The translations under genes and the position numbers were made by a program. DNA of 61,782 bases, the filler included. It is 4 parts of 4 records of this genome, joined end to end, with 100 filler letters (N's around TTAATTAATTAA, not from the genome) between each part and the next. Parts side by side here need not be neighbours in the genome. Positions count along the whole stretch, not along the records: positions 29,911 to 57,339 come from SRR20825010_6238; 3 more parts are not named here. One strand, written 5' to 3'. Positions 30,388 to 40,600 of the stretch are shown here, piece by piece (the first letter of the stretch is position 1; every line of letters starts with the position of its first letter). The notes below the pieces were generated by a model, which had not been told where the DNA came from, did not search any database, and saw only the letters and a program-made list of their open reading frames with translations.

Positions 30388-33300
30388 TATTCTTGTATTA
30401 CTTCATGTTCTAATTCATCTACCACCTCAAATGGTTGATCAAAGATACGGATATTGTTTTGTACTTCTACCAATGCACTTGGTTCAATTCCTCGAATGAC
30501 TATTTCACTTCCCTGCTCCGTAAGCTTAATTTCCTTTTGATAATTTAATCGAATGAGCCAATCCATGAAATCGCCAGAGATTATGCTATCCGTTCTCTGA
30601 ATCACAATCATCTTTTTATTTAAGGACGCCCAATAATCTTCCTGAGAGATAAACACAGTGTCGATCGCATCACGGAAATTGTACAATCGTGGCAAATAAT
30701 CTACGTTTTCATAAATCACGGATTTCACGCGATTATCATTCAGATCATAATAGAAATTCCCTTCGGTATTGAAACGATTCAAAATATCTCGTGGATATTC
30801 ATCGTACTTTTTCTTAGACACCACTTGTACTCGGAGTCGTTCTGTTTTCTCTGATCTCACAGGTAATTCCACCACTACTTTTGTAACAGAATCGGTTCTA
30901 ACAACATTCGTTGGAGTCACGATTTCCTCTACAATTTCTTCTTCTTGATTACTCGCCAAAATAGACGGTCCATTCTTCTCTAGCAACTTGCGTGCTTCGG
31001 TGATTGAAATTCGTTGACCGTTGTAATAGGCTGTTACGAATGAACCAACCATTCCGCGACTTAGCGCTTCCGTTCTTCTCGGTAGTGCCTCCTGCACAGA
31101 GTTGAATTTGCCCGTTGAGTAACGAATTTGACCATTTTCTAAGCGATATGTAATGATTTCCGGGAGATTCTTCACCTCTTCGTCTGAAACAGGCTTGTTA
31201 AACACCGCAATTTGCACCGTAAAGAATAAACCTTTGATTGCTTCGGTAGGCGTTGCTTTCACCGCACCTGGCGCGTCATGGTAACTCCATTCTGGAACTT
31301 CAACAATTTCTGTGACCAATGGAATTCCGAGTTTGTCCGCTGTGTTTTCCGCAACTTGAATCATGATTTCGTTAGCGCGCTTTGGAATACAAATTCCTGC
31401 GGCCTCCAATCTTCGAGCCTCACTGAATGAAACACGCTCGCCATTGCAATACGCAACTACGAAGGCATCATTATAGCCTAAATTTCTAATTTTTTCACGT
31501 GCATCAATTACTGCATCGCCATTGTTGAAATAACCCGCCATGTAGCGCGTAATATTCGTATTATCGATTTTCTCTCCAGAAACAGGATTAAACTCTTTGA
31601 ATAAATCTTGAGGAATCGGTCGCGCAAAAGCTCCTACCTGTACGCGATACACCAATCCTTCAGGCGACTTAACATCAACTGGGATTGGGTTTTCTGTCGA
31701 ATAAACACTTTTTGTAGCGATGCTATCAATTGCAAAGCCTGTTTCTGGCATATTGAATAATGCCGTAGCAACAATCGTTGTTTTTATGGGTTGAATTCCA
31801 CGTGCAAGAAGGTTTTGTATTCTCATAGCTCGTTCTTCATCTCTTGGTAACTGAGCGTCTGCCAATGCTCTTTTTTGATTCATTTCTAACTCAAGTCCAC
31901 TAATTTTTGACTCCAATTGTGTGATTCGTTGAACTTTCAACTGGATCTCAGCATCGTTGTTCTCCTTTGAGCTTATTGAATTTCTGAGTGCAGATCGCTC
32001 TTTTTCCAATTCTTTCTCTAAAATAGCAATTTGATTCTCGATAGCCAATGCCTCACGTGCCAATTCGACGTACGCTTTATATTCATCAGACCCCGCGATC
32101 TTACGCTCCTCATTGAAAGAAACTGTTTGATCTACTGCTTTTGTTGGGATTAACGGCGCTCTTTCTTCTAGTTTCTCAAGGCGACGATCTATTTGTTTCA
32201 GCTCTTTTGTAATCAGTTTAAGTTGATCTTCAATGCGCTCCTGATTGGCTTGCAAATTCAGCAACTCCCCTTTTTTCGCGGTTTCCATTGCTTTCTCGTT
32301 CGCAATGAGTTCCGTTTCCAAAATGCCCACTTGAATGCTGTATTTGCGTTGTTGCGCTTCCAAATCTTCTCGCGAGGAAATTGTAATGTTCTGAGAAGCT
32401 TCGAGCTCTTCGATTTTTCCTGCTTGATCGATTTCAGCCAACAAATCCGAAATTTCCTGTTGATCTTTGCGCGCTTGTTCGAGTAAATAGTTTTTCTCTT
32501 CTGGAGATTTTGCAGCTTGTGCTTTGTCTTCTGTTAGGTCAACATACGTTTTGCCAGAATGCGTAGCTGATTCTACTTCGCTCTTCATTTCTGGATTTCT
32601 CTTTGCAATGTTCGCGCTCAATTCCTCCGAAGAAACTTGTTCCACTTGGAGTTGCTCTGTGAGTGATTTATTTTGCTCATTCACCCATTCCGTTTTTGCC
32701 GTTCTTAGCTCTTTTTCGAGTGATTTTCGTTCACTATTCGAAAGTTGATCGCTGGAAAGTTGTCTTTCTATCGTTTTCACCTGAGTTTCCAATGCGCTAT
32801 TTTCAGAGTTGTCTGCTATGGATTGCTGTTCGAGATCGCCTATTAGCACGCGTGCTGTTCTGAGCTTTTTGGTCACTTCGGATAATTCGTTTTCAGTCCA
32901 CGAGAGTTGATCTTTCAATTCTGAGCTCGTAGGCTCTTCTTTTTGCTCAGTGCGAAGTTCGTCAACTTTCTTGGTCAGTTTTGTCTGATATTCCTCCAAT
33001 ATTTGAACTTGCTTCTCTAACTCAGCCTTCGTTGAATATGTCGCATTAATCTCCTCTGGATTGGATGGAATGAGTTCATTTCTGAGTTCATCCACAAAAC
33101 GTTGCTTTTCTTGCGGAGTTGAAACTGTTGAGTTTCCATCTTTCGCAGCTTCTTGTCGCGTGTTGCTTTCCGCCAATTCATTTCGGAGCATCATCAAATC
33201 GAGTTCCACAGTTACCGAGTATTTTCGCTGCAAACTTTTCTCTTTCTTCTCAATTTCTTTGGTGATTTTTTCCTGTAATTCTGCTTCACGCTCAACGACT

Positions 33301-36300
33301 TCATTGACAGAATTTGCGTTTTTCGCCGTTTCTATCTCGCGCTCGTATGTTGGATCAACATTTGAAATGAGTTCGTTGTAATCTTCAGAACTTATTGCAT
33401 TTTCAAACGCACTTTGTTGCGCTGCATCCAATTTTGCATTTTGCTCGGTCAGCAGTTTTGTAATCACTTCTCGCTCGGCTTTCAATTGTGCGGTCTCTCC
33501 ATCTTTCGCGATTTTCTTCGAAACTGCGTTGCTTTTTTCATCCAATCGGTCCAACACTTCTCTTTCAAATTCCCATTTTTGAACAGCTCTTTCAGTCTGA
33601 TCTCCTTCGGAATTGTTGATTTCGGTCATTTTCGCTTCGTAATCAGCATATATTTCTGACTTCAAATCTCCTTCAATCACAACTAAGTCAGGTGTATCTA
33701 CCGACGAAACTTGATTCAGCGCATTGATGGTTTGGGTTTGCTCCTCCACTCTACTTTCTACGATTCTCTGTAAACTTTCTAACTCATTTATCTGCGCCTT
33801 CACTTGGGCATCCGAAGGGTTTTTATCTAGTTTTTTATTCTGTACCTCGAGTTCTTTTTCAATTTTCGCGAGCAAGCTGTTATCCAAAGATTGAAGTTGT
33901 TTCAATTTTTCTAGTTCGCTTAACGATGGATTTTCTTTCACTTTCTGAACGTCATCCGTAAAGTTTGCGATCAGCGATTCTGTAACCTCTTCTTGACTTC
34001 GAGCAACGACAGGTGTTCCTTGTTTGAGCGAAGAAATCTCATCTGCACGAGCGCGAATAGCTTCTTGTTGTTCACTTTGGATACCTTCTAAAACCTTTTT
34101 AGTTGCTAAAAGTTCGGCATCTTTCGGGTTACTTCCCAACTGACTATTGACTACCGTCAATTTACTCTCGACCTTTGACAAAAGTGCCTGATCCTGTGTT
34201 TGCAGCTGCTCTAACTTCTCCAATTTCGAAATGGTCTGATTCGAATTAATTGAACTAACAGCTTCGGAATAATTTGGAGCCAATTCGCTGAGGATTTCTT
34301 CTCTCGTTGCTACCACTTCGTTTTGTGTCCCTTGAAGACTTGCTAACTCTTGCTGATATTCTTCCCTTTTAAGATCAATTTCTCCACGGTAAGCTACGAG
34401 TTTGGATTGTTCTTCCAATACCTGAATATTCTCAGGATCGCTTATTAATTTGTCTTGTAACGTTTGAATTGCTCCATTTAACTCATCAGAAACAGCCGAA
34501 TTGTTTTTTAGCAACGCTTCCAATTTTTCCTCTTCCGAAAGTTTATTATTGCTCAAAATCTCCTTTTCCGATTGATTATTCTGAGATTTTAGCTCATCAA
34601 AAAGCGCGATTGTTTCGTTTTTAGTAGGATTCTCTGGATTGGTAACGCCCGATAATTCTAATTGCTCAATTTGTTTCGTTACATCACTTTTTGCAATCAC
34701 TTTATCCGCAGAGAGTCCACTTTCTACTGCTTTTTTCACTTCGGCTTCACTAGATTTCGCGATCGCTTGTGTATTTCCCTTTGCTTTTTCTAGTAAATCA
34801 ATTGCTGCAGTTAACTGTGCTTGCTTGCGATTCAAAGACTCTAGATCTTCTTTGTTGAGTTTTATCTCAGACTGATATAGCTCCACTTCCTTTTTCTTCG
34901 CCTCGATCTCAGTTTTCAATGCTTCGTATTCCTTTTTCTTCGCATCTGGTAACTTAGAATCCATCGCTTGAATTTCACTGTTTAATTGTTGAACTTTTCG
35001 CTCATAATCGAGATTCTTAGCCTGCAGACCATACATTTCCTTGTTGAGTGCAATGCTTTCATCCACACGTTTGCTCACCATTACTTCAAGCGATTGATTT
35101 CTTGCCACATTTACCTTGGCTGCGTTCAGAGCAAGAAGATCGAGTGCTTCATTTTCTTTATCGTCCTTGAGTAATTCGTTAAATTTCTCGGATAACTCGT
35201 TTAGCGAATTCCCTTCCAAGGATGTCATACTTGTAGTTTCTTTCGAGAGGATTTCACCGGCAGCAATCTCGTCAGAAAGACGCTTGATCTGTTCTTCTAT
35301 TTTCTTTACTTCACTGAGTTTTTCATACTTGATTACTGGATCGGTCGCTGCGTTTGCGTCTTCCACTAGTGCTTTTCGCTCTTCCATCAAACCTTCAATC
35401 GTTGCCGCCGTTTTAATCGTTTGTGCATCGATATAATTCAAAATCATGCTCGCCTGATCGTTTCGCAACTCTTGTTTCTCGGCGATTGTTTCCAACTGAA
35501 CGGCCACTTCTCGTGAGGACATTCCTTTTAACCCGAGGTCTTCTAGAATTTCTCCTCTTTTTACACTTAATTCGAATGCAGCTAGCTCCTTCGGATCAAA
35601 CTGATCAATATTTACTTCAAGATTTGCCTTGCGTTTTATGACCTGAGCAATTAACGCTTCTCCTCCATCTACTTTTTCATCAAATAAGTTGACAATTTGC
35701 ACCACTTCTTCTCCATTGATCGTTTTGTGCAACACTTTTTGTTTGAGCGGACGGAATTCATCCAAGAAAGGTAATTCGAGATCTACGCGCGTCGTGATAT
35801 CGCTTCCATCCACTTCAATGACGTACGTGTACTTTCCTCCCTTTGGAAAAACGAAGGAATATTTCCCTTTTGGATTGGATTTAATGGTTCCTACTTCTTT
35901 TCCGTCGGCAACATTGACCACAGAAATCTGCATGCTTTTATTCTCAGGATTGATTTCCGAAAGAAAATCTCCCATTACTATCACTTCTTTAATCGGCACT
36001 CTTGCCACTTTAACGCGGTAGACGTGAATCTTCCCATCTTGACTTTGTCTAGCTGACGCGAAATACGCATTTTGATACAGCGAATCGACTACATAGAATA
36101 GATCATCGTCTGGAGAACTAATGGCAAAATCAACATTTTCAACCCGTTCAAATTGGTTCGTTTCAACATTCAATCGTGCCATGAAAACATCATAGCCTCC
36201 CATTGAGTTATGTCCCTTCGAACTGAAATACAAATAATTCCCGCTTGGATGTAGGTATGGAAAGTTTTCATCGTATGGAGTATTTACATCACCAGGAAGC

Positions 36301-37016
36301 AATTGCGGATCTCCCCATTCACCACTTGGTAACTTTCTTCGTACATAAATATCGAGTCCTGATTTCTCGTCATCTCCGTAGCTTGCATAATACACCGACT
36401 TTGCTTGTGCGGGAAAATGAACGATGGGAACATATCCTTTTTTCCTATCCAGTTTACTTTGGAACCGCTCAGTTACGAGAATTTGTCCTCCAATGCTCTC
36501 CATATCCTTGTAAATTCTGAAGAACTTATCTTGATCAATTTCCTTTTTCTCTGAAACAATAATGTCCGTGAACGTACTCAGCAGATTTTTTCCATTCTCG
36601 CACATTTCTATATCGCGATCTACGGTATAGCGCAAATCACGCTTGGCTGTTTTCTGTTGATACTTCTGATACATCTTCCGCGCATCTTCGAACTGATAAT
36701 TGAGGTGATATGCTTTCCCTAAAAAGTAGTACGCTCGTGTATCGACAGATTCTGATGAAACGGCATAACTCAAGTAAGGAATGGCTTTTTCCTTTTTTTC
36801 TGAATTGAACAGTAAGCAAGCGCCATACTTAAAATTAAGGTCAACATTGGTTGGATCGAGGGAAAATAATTGCAAAAAGGATTGCGTAGCGTCGACATAC
36901 TGTTCTTTTTCAAATAGCTTGTCCGCTTCTTCCTTTTTTTCTGCATCCTGTCCAAAAGAAAGGACAGAGATAATCAAAAACAAAAGGACATGTGCGCTAT
37001 GTAATATTAACCTCAA
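30387..37016 (-). CDS. Giant exported TPR + PD40 propeller + helical-repeat stalk + tandem SPOR-like domain protein (2209 aa)
   Basis: Signal peptide; AYYFLGKAYHLNYQF TPR; VNTPYDENFPY..LYFSSKGHNSMGGYDVF PD40; long E/K/Q-rich helical region; two YRVQVGAF/FTVQIAVF domains. Confidence 0.8.
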   Translation of the reverse strand: MRLILHSAHVLLFLIISVLSFGQDAEKKEEADKLFEKEQYVDATQSFLQLFSLDPTNVDLNFKYGACLLFNSEKKEKAIPYLSYAVSSESVDTRAYYFLGKAYHLNYQFEDARKMYQKYQQKTAKRDLRYTVDRDIEMCENGKNLLSTFTDIIVSEKKEIDQDKFFRIYKDMESIGGQILVTERFQSKLDRKKGYVPIVHFPAQAKSVYYASYGDDEKSGLDIYVRRKLPSGEWGDPQLLPGDVNTPYDENFPYLHPSGNYLYFSSKGHNSMGGYDVFMARLNVETNQFERVENVDFAISSPDDDLFYVVDSLYQNAYFASARQSQDGKIHVYRVKVARVPIKEVIVMGDFLSEINPENKSMQISVVNVADGKEVGTIKSNPKGKYSFVFPKGGKYTYVIEVDGSDITTRVDLELPFLDEFRPLKQKVLHKTINGEEVVQIVNLFDEKVDGGEALIAQVIKRKANLEVNIDQFDPKELAAFELSVKRGEILEDLGLKGMSSREVAVQLETIAEKQELRNDQASMILNYIDAQTIKTAATIEGLMEERKALVEDANAATDPVIKYEKLSEVKKIEEQIKRLSDEIAAGEILSKETTSMTSLEGNSLNELSEKFNELLKDDKENEALDLLALNAAKVNVARNQSLEVMVSKRVDESIALNKEMYGLQAKNLDYERKVQQLNSEIQAMDSKLPDAKKKEYEALKTEIEAKKKEVELYQSEIKLNKEDLESLNRKQAQLTAAIDLLEKAKGNTQAIAKSSEAEVKKAVESGLSADKVIAKSDVTKQIEQLELSGVTNPENPTKNETIALFDELKSQNNQSEKEILSNNKLSEEEKLEALLKNNSAVSDELNGAIQTLQDKLISDPENIQVLEEQSKLVAYRGEIDLKREEYQQELASLQGTQNEVVATREEILSELAPNYSEAVSSINSNQTISKLEKLEQLQTQDQALLSKVESKLTVVNSQLGSNPKDAELLATKKVLEGIQSEQQEAIRARADEISSLKQGTPVVARSQEEVTESLIANFTDDVQKVKENPSLSELEKLKQLQSLDNSLLAKIEKELEVQNKKLDKNPSDAQVKAQINELESLQRIVESRVEEQTQTINALNQVSSVDTPDLVVIEGDLKSEIYADYEAKMTEINNSEGDQTERAVQKWEFEREVLDRLDEKSNAVSKKIAKDGETAQLKAEREVITKLLTEQNAKLDAAQQSAFENAISSEDYNELISNVDPTYEREIETAKNANSVNEVVEREAELQEKITKEIEKKEKSLQRKYSVTVELDLMMLRNELAESNTRQEAAKDGNSTVSTPQEKQRFVDELRNELIPSNPEEINATYSTKAELEKQVQILEEYQTKLTKKVDELRTEQKEEPTSSELKDQLSWTENELSEVTKKLRTARVLIGDLEQQSIADNSENSALETQVKTIERQLSSDQLSNSERKSLEKELRTAKTEWVNEQNKSLTEQLQVEQVSSEELSANIAKRNPEMKSEVESATHSGKTYVDLTEDKAQAAKSPEEKNYLLEQARKDQQEISDLLAEIDQAGKIEELEASQNITISSREDLEAQQRKYSIQVGILETELIANEKAMETAKKGELLNLQANQERIEDQLKLITKELKQIDRRLEKLEERAPLIPTKAVDQTVSFNEERKIAGSDEYKAYVELAREALAIENQIAILEKELEKERSALRNSISSKENNDAEIQLKVQRITQLESKISGLELEMNQKRALADAQLPRDEERAMRIQNLLARGIQPIKTTIVATALFNMPETGFAIDSIATKSVYSTENPIPVDVKSPEGLVYRVQVGAFARPIPQDLFKEFNPVSGEKIDNTNITRYMAGYFNNGDAVIDAREKIRNLGYNDAFVVAYCNGERVSFSEARRLEAAGICIPKRANEIMIQVAENTADKLGIPLVTEIVEVPEWSYHDAPGAVKATPTEAIKGLFFTVQIAVFNKPVSDEEVKNLPEIITYRLENGQIRYSTGKFNSVQEALPRRTEALSRGMVGSFVTAYYNGQRISITEARKLLEKNGPSILASNQEEEIVEEIVTPTNVVRTDSVTKVVVELPVRSEKTERLRVQVVSKKKYDEYPRDILNRFNTEGNFYYDLNDNRVKSVIYENVDYLPRLYNFRDAIDTVFISQEDYWASLNKKMIVIQRTDSIISGDFMDWLIRLNYQKEIKLTEQGSEIVIRGIEPSALVEVQNNIRIFDQPFEVVDELEHEVIQE

Positions 37017-37051
37017 CTACGTATCTACGTATGATTTTATCTCTCAAGCTA

Positions 37052-37681
37052 TTACGCTTTATTCTTAAAAAGGTTCATTTTGTTTTCTTGGCCGGTTAAT
37101 AAACGGCGAATATTCTTGTGATGTGCAATGATTACTGCGGAAGAAAGTACGATGCTAAAAACCATCAACCAGTTGGATGTAATCCCAAAAACTACGTTAA
37201 CCAAAATGGGAAAACAGATCGCTGCGCAGATTGCTCCGAGCGAAACGTATTTCGAACTGATGAATACAATTAAAAACACAACCAAGCAAAGACTTGCTGC
37301 CAACGGTTGAATCCCGATAATTACTCCGAGTGAAGTTGCAACTCCCTTTCCTCCATTAAATCCAGCAAATACTGGAAAAACGTGTCCTAAAACGGCACAA
37401 ATCGCTGCAACCAACTGAACATGAATTAAATCATCTGTTCCCCATTCTCCAATACCAACAACAAATGGAAGAAACACGGCGATGAATCCTTTGAGGATAT
37501 CTACCGAAAGCACTGTAATTCCCGATTTTTTACCTAGGACTCGAAATGTATTTGTGGCTCCAGCATTTTTACTTCCATGCTCACGGACATCAATTCCGTG
37601 CCACACACGTCCGACCCAAACCGCGGTGGGAATGGAACCTAAAAAATATGCTATTGCTCCAAAAAGGATAAATTCAAACAT
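37052..37681 (-). CDS. plsY: Glycerol-3-phosphate acyltransferase PlsY
   Basis: YFLGSIP, HGSKNAGATN, GHVFPVF..F.GGKGVAT, HHKNIRRL. Confidence 0.96.
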   Translation of the reverse strand: MFEFILFGAIAYFLGSIPTAVWVGRVWHGIDVREHGSKNAGATNTFRVLGKKSGITVLSVDILKGFIAVFLPFVVGIGEWGTDDLIHVQLVAAICAVLGHVFPVFAGFNGGKGVATSLGVIIGIQPLAASLCLVVFLIVFISSKYVSLGAICAAICFPILVNVVFGITSNWLMVFSIVLSSAVIIAHHKNIRRLLTGQENKMNLFKNKA

Positions 37682-37687
37682 TCTACT

Positions 37688-40600
37688 TTATTCGTACAAA
37701 CGCATAAACTTAGCGAGAAATGCACTATTTGTCGTAATTTGATACAGGAAGTTTCGTTTTTTACGCTTGTCTTCCTTCATTGCAGTCACTGAAGTGCTGA
37801 ATTCTGTATCGCCTGTGTAGATATTCATCGTACCATCTTTCTTCACCATTTCGTAGTTGAAATAATAGTTTCTTCCTCCAGGAATATCGATGTAAACCAT
37901 AAATTTATCGCTTTTCGCACCTGAATATGTTTTTTGGAAGAATGCCTTCATTGGAACATATTTCATTACTGGTTTACCATACATGCTCACAAGAACAGCA
38001 GATTCAACGTTTGTAATCAATCCACGATCTTGAAGACGGTCGCTGTCATACGAACTTAGTCTCAATCCTGTAATCGTCATTGTTTTTTCCAGTCCGTCCG
38101 GAAGTTTCTTCACTTTTCCTTCTTGCACGTACTCTTCTTTCAACTTATCCGCCGCTTTCAAGTTGTCCCATTCAACGACTGCTTGTTCGAGCGTCGTCGA
38201 TTTGAAATCCATATCTTTCAATCCTTCAACTGCTGCAATTCGTCCAGCTACATCTTGCATAAGACCTTTGTCCATTTCCATATCGAAACGTGCTGTGATA
38301 TTCATAGAAGTTTCACCCGTTGTTTGATTGTAATTTACAACACCAACAGCATCTACTTTTACATCTCCGTAATCCATTCCAAGGTTTATTACTCCGTCTC
38401 CATTCATTGAACAACTTTCAGTATGAAGGGCGATGTAGTTTCCTTTCTCTCCACGGTTAACTAGTTTTTCTTTGGAAGCGATTTGAAATTCCTTCGTTCC
38501 ATCATCGTACTGTAAATAACCGCTAGAAGTCATTACAATTGGATCCTTTGGATCCACCAGTGCAGATAAGAATGTTGGATACAATGTTAAACTGTCTATG
38601 TTCATTGCATCTCTCCAAACAATCCCTGCAGAGATCGCGTTTCCTTCCAAGTCCTTCATAGAACTCAATACAGGAATTTGAATGTTTTTCGGGTCGATTT
38701 CCGAGCTAAATGCCATCCAGTTACGATCGAACTTCGTACAGCTGTGATTAATTCGTGTAGCACCTTTGAACGTGATCATCAAGTTAGATGCACGAACGGC
38801 TACATCACCATAGTAATCAAATTGTTCACTTAGTTTAAAGTCTTGCTCGAGGGACACTTTCCCTGTTGCTCTCGTTTGATACGCTGAATCCAATCCGATA
38901 TCTTTCATTGAAATGTACGTTACATTGCTATCTCTATCGTAGAACGGATATTCTCCTATTGCGTTGTAATCGCGTTTCGCCAAAATCTCTACTTCTGCTT
39001 TTTCGAATCGGTGGTATTTGGTCACATAATTCGCTACGATTGTAGCGTTCATTAATTTATCAATTTTCGCTTTTTTCCGAATGTTTAATTTCATGCTATC
39101 TGGATAAATCCGTGCATCCGCAATGTCTATATATTCTACATCAGAGCAGAAAATTGTTTTCTGTTTTAGATCAAAAATTGCTTTCGGAGCTCTAAAACTC
39201 AACGAATCCTGTTTTGGGTGAGTAGAATAGAAGTTTGCCCCAGCCAAATCAACACCTGATTCAATCGAAATGTCTTTGTCTTTCGCTTTAGACATCTCAA
39301 TACTCAATTCGTCCATGAACCATTTGAACTGATCCATTTTCGCCATGTATTGGTTTACTGGAAATTCTACTTTCGATTCTCCTTGGTTCGAATTAAATGT
39401 CCCTAACCTCGTTTTGAAAGAGACTGATGATTTAACGTTATCCGTTTTAAACGCAAGTGCATCCTCGTTTGCTTCACCACTTTGGTTTTGAAGTCTAAAC
39501 GACGAAGTATCCGCAGAAACATCGTATCGTTTGTATTCAAAACGATCTGAAATCAGATTTGCATTGTTAAACGACATCAAACCATTTCCTGTCATTCCTT
39601 TCGGAGTTACAAGAACAGTTCCTCTCAACTTCGCTTCTTTATCGAAGAATATTAGGTCATTTTGAGGAGTTGAGGCCGCTTTGAGAAGTTCCTTTTGTGG
39701 GACATACGTAATGTACGCCACTTCAGTTGCTACGTCAGGGAATTGCACTCCTGTTTCCGATGGTCTATTTACGAATGTCGCGTAACCAACTGTAGAATCG
39801 GGTAAGAAACTCAATGCTTTCGAATCGGCCGTTGCATTCACGAAGTTAATTTTCCCTGCTCCTTGAAGTCCATTATTCGATAGTACTATCTTATCTTCAT
39901 ATTTCGCTGTTGTTCCATAGAAAGGATGCCCACCTTTTGGTGCTTGAGTTGAAAATCCGAAAGAATAATCTTGCATAATCTTCAATGGTTCCTTGATTTT
40001 AGGGAAAATTCCTGCAGAAACCAATTCTCCATTCAAACGAAAAGTTGCTTCATTGAATGAGTTCAAACTATCCATTTCGAATGGTTCAACCGTATAATAG
40101 AATCGTGTACTGTCGTAAACTCCTCTGTAAATGTCTTTTGAATTGTAGAAAATTTTAGATGAATTTACCGACTTCAATTTTGGAAACGCGCCATGTGTAA
40201 TGTTCTTTCCAGATCTATTTTCTGGACTATCGATCAAAATCTCTCCTGAAAGTCCAGTAAGTGAACTTACCATCGGGATTGCTTTGGTTCCGTGTGTTTT
40301 GTCCAAAGGTCTGATTCTAAACAATCCTTCATTGGTTTTTTGAAGTTTGATTTTGAATCCATCATATTCAAAACTCGCGAGTTCGGTTTCTATTTCGAAT
40401 TTTCCTGCTTTTGCCCATCCAGAGAACATGAAATTTCTGTTTTCTTTGATTTTCACTTTTCCAGCGTCTGGGAAGACCACGGTGTTTTTTGTTTCAGAAA
40501 GTAAGACTTGATCAACCGCCTCTAATTCTAATTCCAGAGAAATAAGGTCCAAATAACCAAACTCTTTCATCAACATTCGCTTATTCGTCAACGATTTATA

